DNA of 64,000 bases from an uncultured Chloroflexia bacterium (GTDB taxonomy: Bacteria > Chloroflexota > Limnocylindria > Limnocylindrales > CSP1-4), in assembly GCA_963712745.1 (NCBI GenBank), contig CAVQJC010000012.1, positions 13,319 to 77,318 of the forward strand, written 5' to 3'. Shown piece by piece: positions 7,476-17,700 of the stretch (positions are counted from its first letter, which is position 1; the number at the start of each line of letters is the position of its first letter). A program made the translations under genes and the position numbers. The notes beneath the pieces were generated by a model. It was given only the letters and a program-made list of their open reading frames with translations. It ran no database searches and had not been told where the DNA came from.

Positions 7476-8246
7476 TCAGTCGAAGAGGGTCGCCAGCCAA
7501 CGCCACCGATCACGCTTCGGTGCACGCGCGTCAGCCTCAGCGTTCCGCGCGGGTAGCGAGGCCGAGACGACGTCCTCGAGTCGCCTGCTCAGCTCTCGGG
7601 CGCGATCCCTTCCCTCAGCGGTGAACGGATCGACGACGGCCGGCCCGGTCTCGAGGGCGGTGAGGACGTCCAGGCTGAAGGTGGAGCCACGTACGATGTG
7701 ATGGGTACCAGCCACCACGACCGGGACCACGGGCGCACCCGAGCGCAAGGCGAGGTAGGCGAAGCCGGCCGAGATCGGGCGTGGCCGGTTCACCGGAGAG
7801 GGCGGCCCGACCTCCGGAAAGACCGCCAGGGCGAGGCCTCGCTCCAGTACCGCCGACGCGAGCTCGGCATAGCGCCGAGGGCCGCCGACGTCTCCCTCGA
7901 TGGGGATCACACCCAGTCGCGGCAGCAAGCGGCGTCGCCACCACGAGCGGGTGACCGTGCGACCGTCGGCCAGCCACACGAGGCGAGCCGCTTCAGGGGG
8001 CCAGGCTGCCATGAGCAGGAACGGCTCCACCCAGGCGCGATGCGGCGCGGCCGCGACCACGCAGCCCGATCCCGGCAGCTCGCCGACCCGCGGCAAGTCC
8101 CCGTGGTGCTTGATCTCGACGTGCCAGGCCATGACCCAGCACCAGCCGCGGACGACCAGGCGCAGCAGCCGCTCGAACCGACCCTGGCGCGCGGACAGCC
8201 CTCCGAGGGCGCGCTCGAACCGCTGTCGGGCGGCGGGGACGCTCAT
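7476..8246 (-). CDS. PlsC-family acyltransferase
   Basis: PHRAWVEP (HxxxxD variant), FPEVG, GFAYLA, APVVPV. Confidence 0.75.
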   Translation of the reverse strand: MSVPAARQRFERALGGLSARQGRFERLLRLVVRGWCWVMAWHVEIKHHGDLPRVGELPGSGCVVAAAPHRAWVEPFLLMAAWPPEAARLVWLADGRTVTRSWWRRRLLPRLGVIPIEGDVGGPRRYAELASAVLERGLALAVFPEVGPPSPVNRPRPISAGFAYLALRSGAPVVPVVVAGTHHIVRGSTFSLDVLTALETGPAVVDPFTAEGRDRARELSRRLEDVVSASLPARNAEADARAPKRDRWRWLATLFD

Positions 8247-8575
8247 CGGCCGTCCCGGTAGCGCTCCAACGTCGCCAGCTCGAGTTCGAGGTCGGCCACG
8301 TCGTGGCCGGCCGCGCGGTACGTGATGATGGCCCGGCGTCGCTCTTCGACCTCGCGCTCGACGAGTGTGGCGACCTCGTCCGGCCCCAGCTCCCGGCGCG
8401 GGACGTCGGCACTACCCTCGACTAGCGCGAACGGCCGCTCCTCGACCGGCACGGCCTCCGCGTTCGCCAGGGCCGTCTTGAGCGAAGCGATGGCCGCGAC
8501 CACCGCTCCACGACGGCCGCGACGAGCCCCCAGCAGGTCGGCCTCGAGTCGCGCCTGCAGCTCAGCGGGCTTCAC
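8243..8575 (-). CDS. GatB/YqeY-like small protein
   Basis: LQARL...AAIASLKTALANAEA...VPRREL...EREVEERRRA; overlaps both neighbours. Confidence 0.65.
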   Translation of the reverse strand: MKPAELQARLEADLLGARRGRRGAVVAAIASLKTALANAEAVPVEERPFALVEGSADVPRRELGPDEVATLVEREVEERRRAIITYRAAGHDVADLELELATLERYRDGR

Positions 8576-9474
8576 CGGGGGTCGTCCGCGGCAAGGTTCT
8601 CGTCCATCCAGTGCACTCCGAACTCGACCACGTCGGCAGCATCGAGGAGTTCGCTCGGCGCATCCCCGACCACGCCCGCACGATGTCGGCCGAGCGCGAG
8701 GTAGTCACGCAGGAGGTCTTCGAAGTAGTCCTTGCCCGGGTAGTCGACGATGCCCTCTGCGTCGTCGAGGCACTCGACGGTGCGGACGACCGGTCCTTCG
8801 CGTGTCGTCACCAGCCGATGCCGTCGCACACGCCGCTTGGGCGACACCGAGCAGAGGTACTCGGCGTGGTGGAGGGCAGTGACCGTGTCGAGGTCTGCGC
8901 CCAGTCGCAGGACGAGACCATCCCGCAGCAGCAGGCGCTCGAGCGGTGAGCCGGGACCGAAGTAGTCGTCCCAGGGCACGTCCGAGAGGAGCTCACCGGC
9001 CAGCGGGCCGGCGGCAGCGAAACGTGCCTCGGGATGGTCGCTGACCCTTGTCCCGGGCCGCCGACGGAAGACCTCAGCCAGCGTGCCGACCTCGGAGGCG
9101 GCGGGCGTACGTGCGGCGTCGAACGGCTCGGCGTCGGCCAGGAGAACGACACGGTCGGCCTCCGGGCGCTCGTTGACCCAGGCATGCCTGTCCTCCGCGC
9201 CCAGGACCATCAGCATCGTGCCCTCCTCGCCGAGGACATCACGGATGGCATCGATGACGCCGTCGGCGCCGCCCCAGACCGGCCCGAGCTTGCGCAGCGA
9301 GGCGTGGACCATCACGAGGTCGCCCGCTGAGAGGCCAAGGTGGCGAAGTCCGTCGGCGATGGCGCCTGGCGAGCGAGGTGTCACGTCCACGCACGTATCC
9401 TGCCATCGGCGGAACCCATCGGGGAGTACTGGCCGTTCCCGACCTCGATCCCACGGCAACGGTCCGCTCCGCAT
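8572..9474 (-). CDS. aminoglycoside N3-acetyltransferase (AAC(3)) family protein
   Basis: GDLVMVHASLRKLG, GGADGVIDA, RVSDHP, FGPGSPL, VLRLG, TALHHAEY; start uncertain. Confidence 0.85.
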   Translation of the reverse strand: MRSGPLPWDRGRERPVLPDGFRRWQDTCVDVTPRSPGAIADGLRHLGLSAGDLVMVHASLRKLGPVWGGADGVIDAIRDVLGEEGTMLMVLGAEDRHAWVNERPEADRVVLLADAEPFDAARTPAASEVGTLAEVFRRRPGTRVSDHPEARFAAAGPLAGELLSDVPWDDYFGPGSPLERLLLRDGLVLRLGADLDTVTALHHAEYLCSVSPKRRVRRHRLVTTREGPVVRTVECLDDAEGIVDYPGKDYFEDLLRDYLALGRHRAGVVGDAPSELLDAADVVEFGVHWMDENLAADDPR

Positions 9475-9677
9475 CGCGGGAACGCTCGCCCCGATACACC
9501 TGCTCGGCCTTTCGTACCGCTGACGAACGGCGGCCAGGCGGGCACCATCAGTCCCGGCTCGAAGACGAGCCCGCTATCAGTGTCAAGTGCGAGGCCCGTC
9601 GAGGAGGCGGGCCTCGCCCGTTGTTTGCCGCAGGCGTCGCGCCGAGTCGGCTCTGCCCGCTACGATTACGGCCCGTG

Positions 9678-10388
9678 ATGCCGCGACCGTACGTCTTCGT
9701 GAACATGGCCATGACCGCTGACGGCAAGATCGACACCGTCGCGCGGCGGGGTGCGCGTATCTCGGGAGTGGCCGACACCGCCCGCGTCGACCGCCTGCGG
9801 GCCGAAGCGGACGCGGTCATGGTCGGCGGCCATACGTTGCTCGCGGAAGACCCGCGATTGACCGTCCGCGACCCCCATCTCGTTGCCCAGCGCGTCCGGA
9901 ACGGGAGGTCGCCTCAGCCCATGAAGGTGGGGGTCGTCTCGCACGTCTCCGACACTGGTCCCGACGCGCTCGATGACGCGGGCGCATTCCTGCACGAGGG
10001 TGATGGCCGCGTCCTCGTCTGTACTTCCTCCAGGACCGGCAGTGCCGCCATCGGACGACTGCAGGGGCACGGGGCGGAGGTCATCGTCACGGGCGAGGAG
10101 CGCGTCAACCTGGCGGACGCACTGTCAGCGCTGGCCGAGCTCGGCGTCGAGCGCCTCATGGTCGAAGGCGGCAGCACGCTTGTGGCCGCGCTGCTCGAAG
10201 CCGGCCTCGTGGACGAGCTGCAGCTGGCAGTGGCTCCGCTGGTCTTCGGCGGCGAGTCCGCGCCGACGCCGGTCGGCGGCCCGGGCTGGACGCGTGAAGA
10301 GGCCATCCCGCTCCGGCTTTCCGAGACCGCCACCAGCGCCGATGGCGATGTCATCCTGCACTACCTCGTGGGCAGGGACGGCCCATGA
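9678..10388 (+). CDS. RibD C-terminal/Rib7-type pyrimidine reductase (dihydrofolate reductase-like)
   Basis: RPYVFVNMAMTADGKI, DAVMVGGHT, DPRLTVR, LMVEGG, LVDEL. Confidence 0.88.
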   Translation: MPRPYVFVNMAMTADGKIDTVARRGARISGVADTARVDRLRAEADAVMVGGHTLLAEDPRLTVRDPHLVAQRVRNGRSPQPMKVGVVSHVSDTGPDALDDAGAFLHEGDGRVLVCTSSRTGSAAIGRLQGHGAEVIVTGEERVNLADALSALAELGVERLMVEGGSTLVAALLEAGLVDELQLAVAPLVFGGESAPTPVGGPGWTREEAIPLRLSETATSADGDVILHYLVGRDGP

Positions 10389-12886
10389 GCGCGGGCATCG
10401 AGGCCATCGAGGCCCTGCCGCCGACGCCCGAGACAGGCCTGACCGACGCCGAGGCCGCTGAACGACGCAAGCAGGGGCTGGCCAACAGCGCACCACCTTC
10501 GACCACGCGCACCTACTGGGCCATCGTCCGCGAGAACGTCTTCACCTTCATCAACAACGTCCTCTTCCTGCTGGGCATCGCGCTGGTCATCGTGGGCCGT
10601 CCCTTCGACGCCTTCGTGTCCCTGCTCGTCATCGGCACCAACATCGCCGTGGGCATCTTCCAGGAGTTCCGGGCCAAGCGGGCCCTCGACGAGATCGTGC
10701 TCCTGACACGGCCGACCGCGACGGTCGTACGGGACGGCGAAGTGCGCACCGTGAACCCCGAGGAGCTCGTGGTCGGTGACCTCATCGAGGTCCAGGCCGG
10801 TGACCAGATCGTGGTCGACGGTGAGCTGGCCGAAGGTCGTATCGATGTGGATGAGTCCCAGCTCACCGGCGAGTCGGACATGGTGCCCAAACGCGTCGGG
10901 GACGAGGTCTACTCCGGCAGCTACCCGACGGCTGGACGCGGCCGCTACGTGGCCCAGACGGTGGGCGATGCCAGCCTGGCCGGCCGAATCACCGCCGGCG
11001 CCAAGACGTTCCGGCGCACGCTGACGCCGCTCCAGCGACAGATCCAGACGGTCATCCGCGTGACGCTTGGCGTCGTGCTGTACCTGCAGCTGCTGCTGGT
11101 GGTCAAGAACGTGGTCGAGGACACGCGCCTCGACGAGGCCATCATCGAGGCCACCGTCCTCATCGGCCTCGTGCCCAACGGACTGTTCGTCTCGATCGCC
11201 ATCGCCTACGCCCTCGCGGCCGTGCGCATGTCACGCTACGGCGCTCTCGTGCAGCAGGCCAACGCGGTCGAGTCACTCTCCCACGTGGACACGCTCTGTG
11301 TCGATAAGACGGGCACGCTCACGGCCAACCAGCTCGAGCTCGACCAGGTGCTGCCGCTCGAGGGCGATGAAGCCAGCGCACGGGCCAAGGTCGGCGTGAT
11401 GGTCTCGAGTGGGCGCGCGCTCAACAAGACCAGCGAGGCCATCGCCGAAGCCACCCACGCCACCCCACGCACACCCCTGGCCGAGGTGCCCTTCTCGTCC
11501 AAGCGCAAGTGGAGCGCGGTGGCGCTACCGTCCGGCGTCTCGCCCAGCCAACCGCCGGAGGGGACGTACTCGATGGGCGCGCCGACGTTCATCAAGCAGT
11601 ACCTCGACATCGGTGATGCGCAGTGGCGCAACATCCAGGCCCTCGTGGCTCACCACGCCTCGCGCGGCATGCGTGTGCTGCTCGCCGCCTACAGCCCCTC
11701 GACCACCTTGAGCGACGAAGGCGACGCCTCCACCATGCCCAGCGACTCCAAGCCCTATGCCATCGTGGTGCTGCGCGACCTGCTACGCCCGGAGGCGGCG
11801 GAGACGCTGACCAGCTTCCGTCAGATGGGGGTCGACGTCCGCGTCATCTCGGGCGATGACCCCGAGACGGTGGCCACGCTGGCCAGGCAGGCCGGTCTCG
11901 ATGTCAGTGGCGGGGTCGTCTCGGGTCCGGAGCTCGAGGAGATGGACGAGCCACACTTCGACGCCGCGGTCGAGACGACCGCTGTCTTCGGCCGCATCAC
12001 ACCCGAGCTCAAGGAACGCCTGGTGGGCAAGCTGCGCGAGCAGGGCCGATACGTGGCCATGACCGGTGACGGCGTCAACGACGTGCTCTCGCTGAAGCGC
12101 TCGAACCTGGCCATCGCCATGGGTTCGGGCACCCAGGCTGCCCGCGGTGTGGCCGATCTCATCCTCATCGATGATGGCTTCAGCGCCCTCGCCTCCGCCA
12201 TCGGCGAGGGCCAGCGCATCCTCAATGGCATGCAGGACATCCTGCGCGTGTTCCTGACTCGCATCCTGACCCTGGGCATGCTCATCCTCGTGCTCATGAC
12301 CAGCGGCTTCTTTCCAGTCGACCTGCGCAACGCCTCGGCCATCACGCTGTTCACGGTGGGCATCCCGACTGCCCTGCTGGCCATCTGGTCGAGGCCAGGG
12401 CGGATTCCCCGCGAGACGCTGCTGCGCACCCTGGGCCGGTTCGTCATCCCGGCGGCCGGGCTGGCCTCGGTCATCGGCCTGCTGGTGGTGACCGGCATCT
12501 TCCTCATGGGCGATGCGGACTACGAGGCCGGACTGACCACGCAGCGGGAGGTGGAGAACGCAGCCAAGACCTCGGTCACGGCCTTCCTCATCCTCGTGGG
12601 CATGCTCGTGCTCGTCTTCGTCGAGCCACCCATCAAGCTCTTCGCGGTCATCGAGCCGATCTCGCCCGACTGGCGCCCGACCTACCTGGCCATCGCGCTG
12701 ACGGCGGCCTTCACTGTGGTCATGCTGGTGGCGCCCTTCCGCCAGTTCTTCAACCTGTACCCGGTCTCCCTGCGCGATGCTGCCATCGTCTTCGCTGGCG
12801 TGGTCTCGTGGGCCGTGCTGGTCTGGGTCTTCTGGCGCTGGCGCTTCGTCGAGCGCTTCCTGGGCACCGACCTGAGCGACTCGTAG
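10385..12886 (+). CDS. cation-transporting P-type ATPase (CtpE-like)
   Basis: DESQLTGES, DKTGTLT, ISGD, MTGDGVND, multiple TM segments. Confidence 0.93.
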   Translation: MSAGIEAIEALPPTPETGLTDAEAAERRKQGLANSAPPSTTRTYWAIVRENVFTFINNVLFLLGIALVIVGRPFDAFVSLLVIGTNIAVGIFQEFRAKRALDEIVLLTRPTATVVRDGEVRTVNPEELVVGDLIEVQAGDQIVVDGELAEGRIDVDESQLTGESDMVPKRVGDEVYSGSYPTAGRGRYVAQTVGDASLAGRITAGAKTFRRTLTPLQRQIQTVIRVTLGVVLYLQLLLVVKNVVEDTRLDEAIIEATVLIGLVPNGLFVSIAIAYALAAVRMSRYGALVQQANAVESLSHVDTLCVDKTGTLTANQLELDQVLPLEGDEASARAKVGVMVSSGRALNKTSEAIAEATHATPRTPLAEVPFSSKRKWSAVALPSGVSPSQPPEGTYSMGAPTFIKQYLDIGDAQWRNIQALVAHHASRGMRVLLAAYSPSTTLSDEGDASTMPSDSKPYAIVVLRDLLRPEAAETLTSFRQMGVDVRVISGDDPETVATLARQAGLDVSGGVVSGPELEEMDEPHFDAAVETTAVFGRITPELKERLVGKLREQGRYVAMTGDGVNDVLSLKRSNLAIAMGSGTQAARGVADLILIDDGFSALASAIGEGQRILNGMQDILRVFLTRILTLGMLILVLMTSGFFPVDLRNASAITLFTVGIPTALLAIWSRPGRIPRETLLRTLGRFVIPAAGLASVIGLLVVTGIFLMGDADYEAGLTTQREVENAAKTSVTAFLILVGMLVLVFVEPPIKLFAVIEPISPDWRPTYLAIALTAAFTVVMLVAPFRQFFNLYPVSLRDAAIVFAGVVSWAVLVWVFWRWRFVERFLGTDLSDS

Positions 12887-13008
12887 CCGCGCTCCTTGCC
12901 GCCGAGGGAACTGCTGCGCTCTAGACTGCGTCCAATGCGTACTACCCAGTCCAGTCTTGCCTGCGCACGCCCCAGGGCATGCCGGGCCACCATGGAGGTC
13001 TCTACCCG

Positions 13009-13830
13009 ATGATCAAGCTCCGAACCGCGGTCGCGACACTCGCGGCCCTGGCCCTGACCGCCGGCCTTGGCGCGTCGGCGCTGGCCGAGGATGAGCCCGA
13101 AGCGCAGCCGCTGGGCGTGTACGTGATCGAGGGCATCACCTGGATCCTCACCAGCCAGGCCATCGATGGCGAGCTTGTCGAGGTGCCTGACGGCGTGACC
13201 GTTTCGCTGCTCATGGAGGACGGCCGGGCCGGCGGCAGCGGCGGCTGCAACAGCTACTTCACCGACTACGAGCTCGACGGTTTCGACCTCTCGTTCGGTC
13301 CCGTGGGCTCGACCCTGATGGCCTGCCTGCCGCGCGTCTCGGACGTGGAGCAGGCCTTCTTCGCCAACCTGGGCCAGGTCGCGGCCTACCAGTCCGGCGG
13401 CATCCAGATGGCCTTGCTCGATGCCGCCGGGAACTCCATCCTCGGGTTCGACGCGGCCCCACCCGCCAGCGTGGTCGGCGCCTGGGTCGCCACCGGCATC
13501 AACAACCAGCTGGGCGAGAACGCCGGCGTGGTCAGCTCCGCCATCACCATGGAGGTGACCGCCGAGTTCAGGCCCGATGGGGACCTGACCGGTTTCGATG
13601 GCTGCAACAACTACTTCACGACCTACGAGGTCGACGGCGAGAGCATCGCCATCGACCCGATGATCGGCCAGACGATGATGGCCTGCCCATCCGACGAGCA
13701 CGCCGTGCAGGCACAGTGGTACATCGGGGCCTTGACCAAGGCCGCGACCTGGTCGATCGATGCCGGTGGCAACCTCGAGCTGCGCGATGCCGATGGCTCG
13801 CTGCAGGTGAGCTACTCGGCGGCGCCATAG
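13009..13830 (+). CDS. secreted tandem META-domain protein
   Basis: Signal peptide; two GxxGCN-Y...T-x-MAC repeats; GGAGG RBS. Confidence 0.88.
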   Translation: MIKLRTAVATLAALALTAGLGASALAEDEPEAQPLGVYVIEGITWILTSQAIDGELVEVPDGVTVSLLMEDGRAGGSGGCNSYFTDYELDGFDLSFGPVGSTLMACLPRVSDVEQAFFANLGQVAAYQSGGIQMALLDAAGNSILGFDAAPPASVVGAWVATGINNQLGENAGVVSSAITMEVTAEFRPDGDLTGFDGCNNYFTTYEVDGESIAIDPMIGQTMMACPSDEHAVQAQWYIGALTKAATWSIDAGGNLELRDADGSLQVSYSAAP

Positions 13831-13966
13831 GTCACTCGCGCGGACATCACGACGCCGGGACGCGGGCATCTGTCCCGGCGTCGATCGGGGCCGTGTTGCG
13901 CTACGATCGGCGCGTCGTCGAGCGTCGTCGCCGGGTGCCCGAGCCCGGGCAACAGGAGGATCCAGG

Positions 13967-14665
13967 GTGAACTCCAGCAGGGACAGCGAGCCGGTCTACA
14001 CCGCAGCCGAGGAGCAGCGCACGCGCCGTCAACTGCTCACGGCCGGAGGCGCGGCGGCCATCGCTGCAGCCCTCGGCGCCATCGGTATCTCTACCACCGT
14101 CGAAGCCAGGAACGGCCAGCCCGTCCGGGCCGGGACCAAGAACGCCGCCTCCAAGCCGACGACACTGATCGCGACGAAGGGGCCCGGGCTGCTGGCCAAG
14201 GTCACAGGCGGCGGCCGCACTGCCGCCGTGCGCGGAGTCTCCACCATCGCCAAGGGCATCGGCGTGCAGGGTGCTGCGGATGCCAAGAAGGGGCCGACGA
14301 TCGGCGTTTCCGGCACGACACGTTCGGCCGAGGGCAAGGCCGGCTCGTTCGTTGCCGACAACGGCGGCACCGCGCTCGAGGCCCGCTCCCCCCAGAAGAA
14401 GGGCGTCGCGCTGCGCACGGAAGGTCAGTTGCAGTTCACCGAACGCTCGGGCTCGTCGTCGGTCTCGGGCGGGGCGGAGTTCGTCATCCCGGTGGCCGGT
14501 GGACTGTCGGAGAAATCGCTGGTGCTGGCCACCCTGCAGGATCACTTCCCCGGCGTCCACGTGGAGGCGGCCTCCGTCCTTGATGCGGCCGATGGTCTCA
14601 TCGTGGTCCGCCTCAACCAGGCCGTGCCCGAGGCAGCGCGTGTGGCCTGGATCGTCCTCGATTGA
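13967..14665 (+). CDS. Tat-signal hypothetical protein with GVxG beta-repeat segment
   Basis: AGGAGG RBS; TRRQLL twin-Arg motif; AVRG/GVQG/GVSG repeats. Confidence 0.7.
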   Translation: MNSSRDSEPVYTAAEEQRTRRQLLTAGGAAAIAAALGAIGISTTVEARNGQPVRAGTKNAASKPTTLIATKGPGLLAKVTGGGRTAAVRGVSTIAKGIGVQGAADAKKGPTIGVSGTTRSAEGKAGSFVADNGGTALEARSPQKKGVALRTEGQLQFTERSGSSSVSGGAEFVIPVAGGLSEKSLVLATLQDHFPGVHVEAASVLDAADGLIVVRLNQAVPEAARVAWIVLD

Positions 14666-14721
14666 CGGCCGACTCCGGATAGGCGGCCGGCGACAGGTCG
14701 ACGTCCCGCGGTAGCGGGCCC

Positions 14722-17700
14722 CTACGCCAGCTGTAGCTGCAGCAGGCCGCCGAAGCGGCGGCCAACCTCCGAAAGCAGCTCGGCGTCGTAGGCGATGCCG
14801 ACCCCCAGCCGCATCTCCTGCGACCGCCCGGGCCCAGCCGGGATGTGCAGCACGATGGGCGTGCTCCCTGGGCGCGCGCGGATGAGCCCCTTGAGCTCGC
14901 CGAAGGCGCTGACGATCCGTTCGTCGGGCGCCTGCCCGAAACGGATGTGCAGGACCTGGTCCGGCCCAGCCTCGGCCGGTGAGGTGGCGGCTCGCTCCGC
15001 TGAAGCGACGGCTGCACCGGCCTCATCCGGCAGCGGCGGCTCGTCGGAGCCGGCGGGCGCCAGGCCGTCGAAGGCCGGAGGGGCGGCCGGTCCGGAGATC
15101 GGCTCGAGCGGATCCTGGGGAGGCAGGTCGAGCGGCGGTGGCAGGTCCGTGCGACCCCCCTCAGAGCTCGCCTGAGCGGCCGGCCCGGCCCGACGTGCGG
15201 GCGCGCCACCGATGGTGATGGTGACGGTGCCCTCGGGCTGGCTGCCTCGCAGCGGCGAGACACGCGGCACGACCAGGGTCTCCGTGGGGGAAGCTGCGGC
15301 CACGGTCATCGCGCCCGGCGGACCCCCGGGCGGGCGAACCGGGTCCTGCCCGTCCCCGCCCCGGCCCCCGCCGTTGCGTCCGCGGCCACGCCGTCCCCGC
15401 TCGCCGGCAGCGAACTCCTGCGCGAACGCGGCCTCGCCCAGGGCCGTGACTTCGTCCCAGGCCCAGACCGCGTCGGCCAGGATGACCGTCTCATCACCCT
15501 TGTGGTCGACCCGGCCGGCGAAGAGGAGCACCGCGTCATCGGCCAGCTTGGCAGCCACACCGGCATCAGCGTAGGTGCGCGGGAAGATGACCACATCGAC
15601 CGAGCCCTGCAGGTCCTCCAGGGTGACCACGGCCATCGATTCCTTGTTGCGGGTCAGGACCCGCCGGATGCCGACGGCCATGCCCCCGACGACGACCCGC
15701 TGCTGATCGAGACCTTCTCCGATATCGCCCGACCAGGCGTTCACATAGCGGCCCATCTCGGCGGCCATCTCGCCCAATGGATGATCGGAGAGGTACAGCC
15801 CCAGCAGTTCCTTTTCCCAGCGCAGCCGCTCACGCGAGGGTGCCTCGGTCGTCACCGGCAGACGCTGCTCGAGCCCGGCCCCGTCCTCGGCCATCATGTC
15901 GAAGAGCGAACCCTGGCCGGTGGCCCGGTCGCGCGCCTGCGCCTGGCCGTAGGCCATGGCTTCGTCGAGTCCCGCCAGCAGCTGCGCGGGATGGCCCAGG
16001 GTCTTGAGCGCATCGACCTTGATGAGCGCCTCCATGACGCGCTTGTTGACCAGACGCAGATCGACGCGTGCACACAGGTCGGCCAGCGACTTGAACTCGC
16101 CTCCGTCGTCGCGTGCGTCGATGATGGACCCGATGGCGCTCTCGCCCACGTTCTTGATGGCCAGCAGGCCGAAACGGATGGAATCGCCCTCGACGGTGAA
16201 GTCCACGAAGCTGCGGTGTACGTCCGGGCCCAGCACCTCGATACCGAGGCGGCGGCATTCGGCGATGGCGCCGGCGACCTTGTCGGTGTTGTCCTTGAAG
16301 GCGGTGAGCACACTGGTCATGTACTCGACCGGGTAGTTCGCCTTGAGGTAGGCGGTCTGATAGGCGATCAGGCCGTAGCAGGTGGCGTGGGCCTTGTTGA
16401 AACCGTAGCGCTCGAAGGGCTCGAAGGCCTTGAAGATGGCGTCGATGACGCCGGGTTCGACCCCCCGCTCGGCGGCCTGCCGCACGAACCTGTCCTTCTG
16501 CGCGCGCAGCACGTCCGACTTCTTCTTGCGGATGGCGTAGCCGAGCGTGTCGGCCTCGGGACCGGTGAATCCGCCGAGGGCGATGGCGGCGGCCATGATG
16601 TCCTCCTGGTAGACGAAGATCCCGTAGGTCTTCTCCAGGTACGGCTCCAGGAGCGGGTGCAGGTAGGTGACCTGCTCCTGCCCGTGTTTGCGCCGGATGT
16701 AGGCAGGGATGTTGTCCATGGGCCCGGGCCTGAAGAGCGCCACCATGGCCGCGAGGTCGTAGACCGAGGTGGGCCGCAGCTCCTTGATGTAGCGGCGCAT
16801 GCCCGCGGACTCCAGCTGGAAGACGCCCGTAGTCTCGCCGCTCGAGAGCAGCTTGAACGTCCTGGCGTCATCGAGCGGGATGGTGTCGAGGTCGATCCTG
16901 ACGCCGGCATGCTGGTCGATGAGGTCCACCGCCTGGCGCAGGATGGTGAGGTTGGAGAGGCCCAGGAAGTCGAACTTCAAGAGGCCCAGGGCCTCCACCC
17001 CGTGCATCTCGTACTGGGTCATGAGCGCATCGGAGTTGGTGGCCTTCTGCAGCGGCATCAGCTCCGTCAGCGGCTCGCGGCTGATGACGATGCCGGCGGC
17101 GTGGGTGGAGGCGTTGCGGGCCACGCCTTCGAGCTGCTTGGCGATGTCGATCAGCCTGTGGATGCCTTCGTCGCCCTCGTACATGTCGCGGAACGCCGGC
17201 GCCTGCTGGAGGGATTCGTCAAGCGTGATGCCGAGCGTCGTGGGGATGGCCTTGGCGATGCGGTCGACCTCGCCGTAGCCGTAACCCATGACCCGGCCGA
17301 CGTCGCGCACGGCTGCGCGGGCAAGCATCGTGCCGAAGGTGATGATCTGGGCCACGCGGTCCTGGCCGTACTTGCGGGTGACGTAGTTGATGACCTCGTC
17401 GCGGCGCGCGTCCTCGAAATCGACGTCGATATCCGGCATGGTCACGCGGTCGGGGTTGAGGAAACGCTCGAAGGGCAGGCCGTAGAGGATGGGGTCTACC
17501 GGCGTGATGCCCAGCGTGTAGGTCACGATCGAGCCCGGTGCCGAACCACGACAGGTGGTGGCGATGCCTTGCTCCTTGGCGTAGCGCACGAAGTCGGCCA
17601 CGATGAGGAAGTAGGCCGCGTAGTCCATGCTGATGATGACGCCGAGCTCGTAGTCGAGGCGCTCCTGGAGCGCGTCGGTGACCTCGCCGTAGCGCTGGCG

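Noticed and set aside
14960-15400. Pro/Ala/Gly-rich insert in DnaE as an intein
   Set aside because: No intein terminal residues or endonuclease motifs; reads as a disordered linker before the C-terminal domain.
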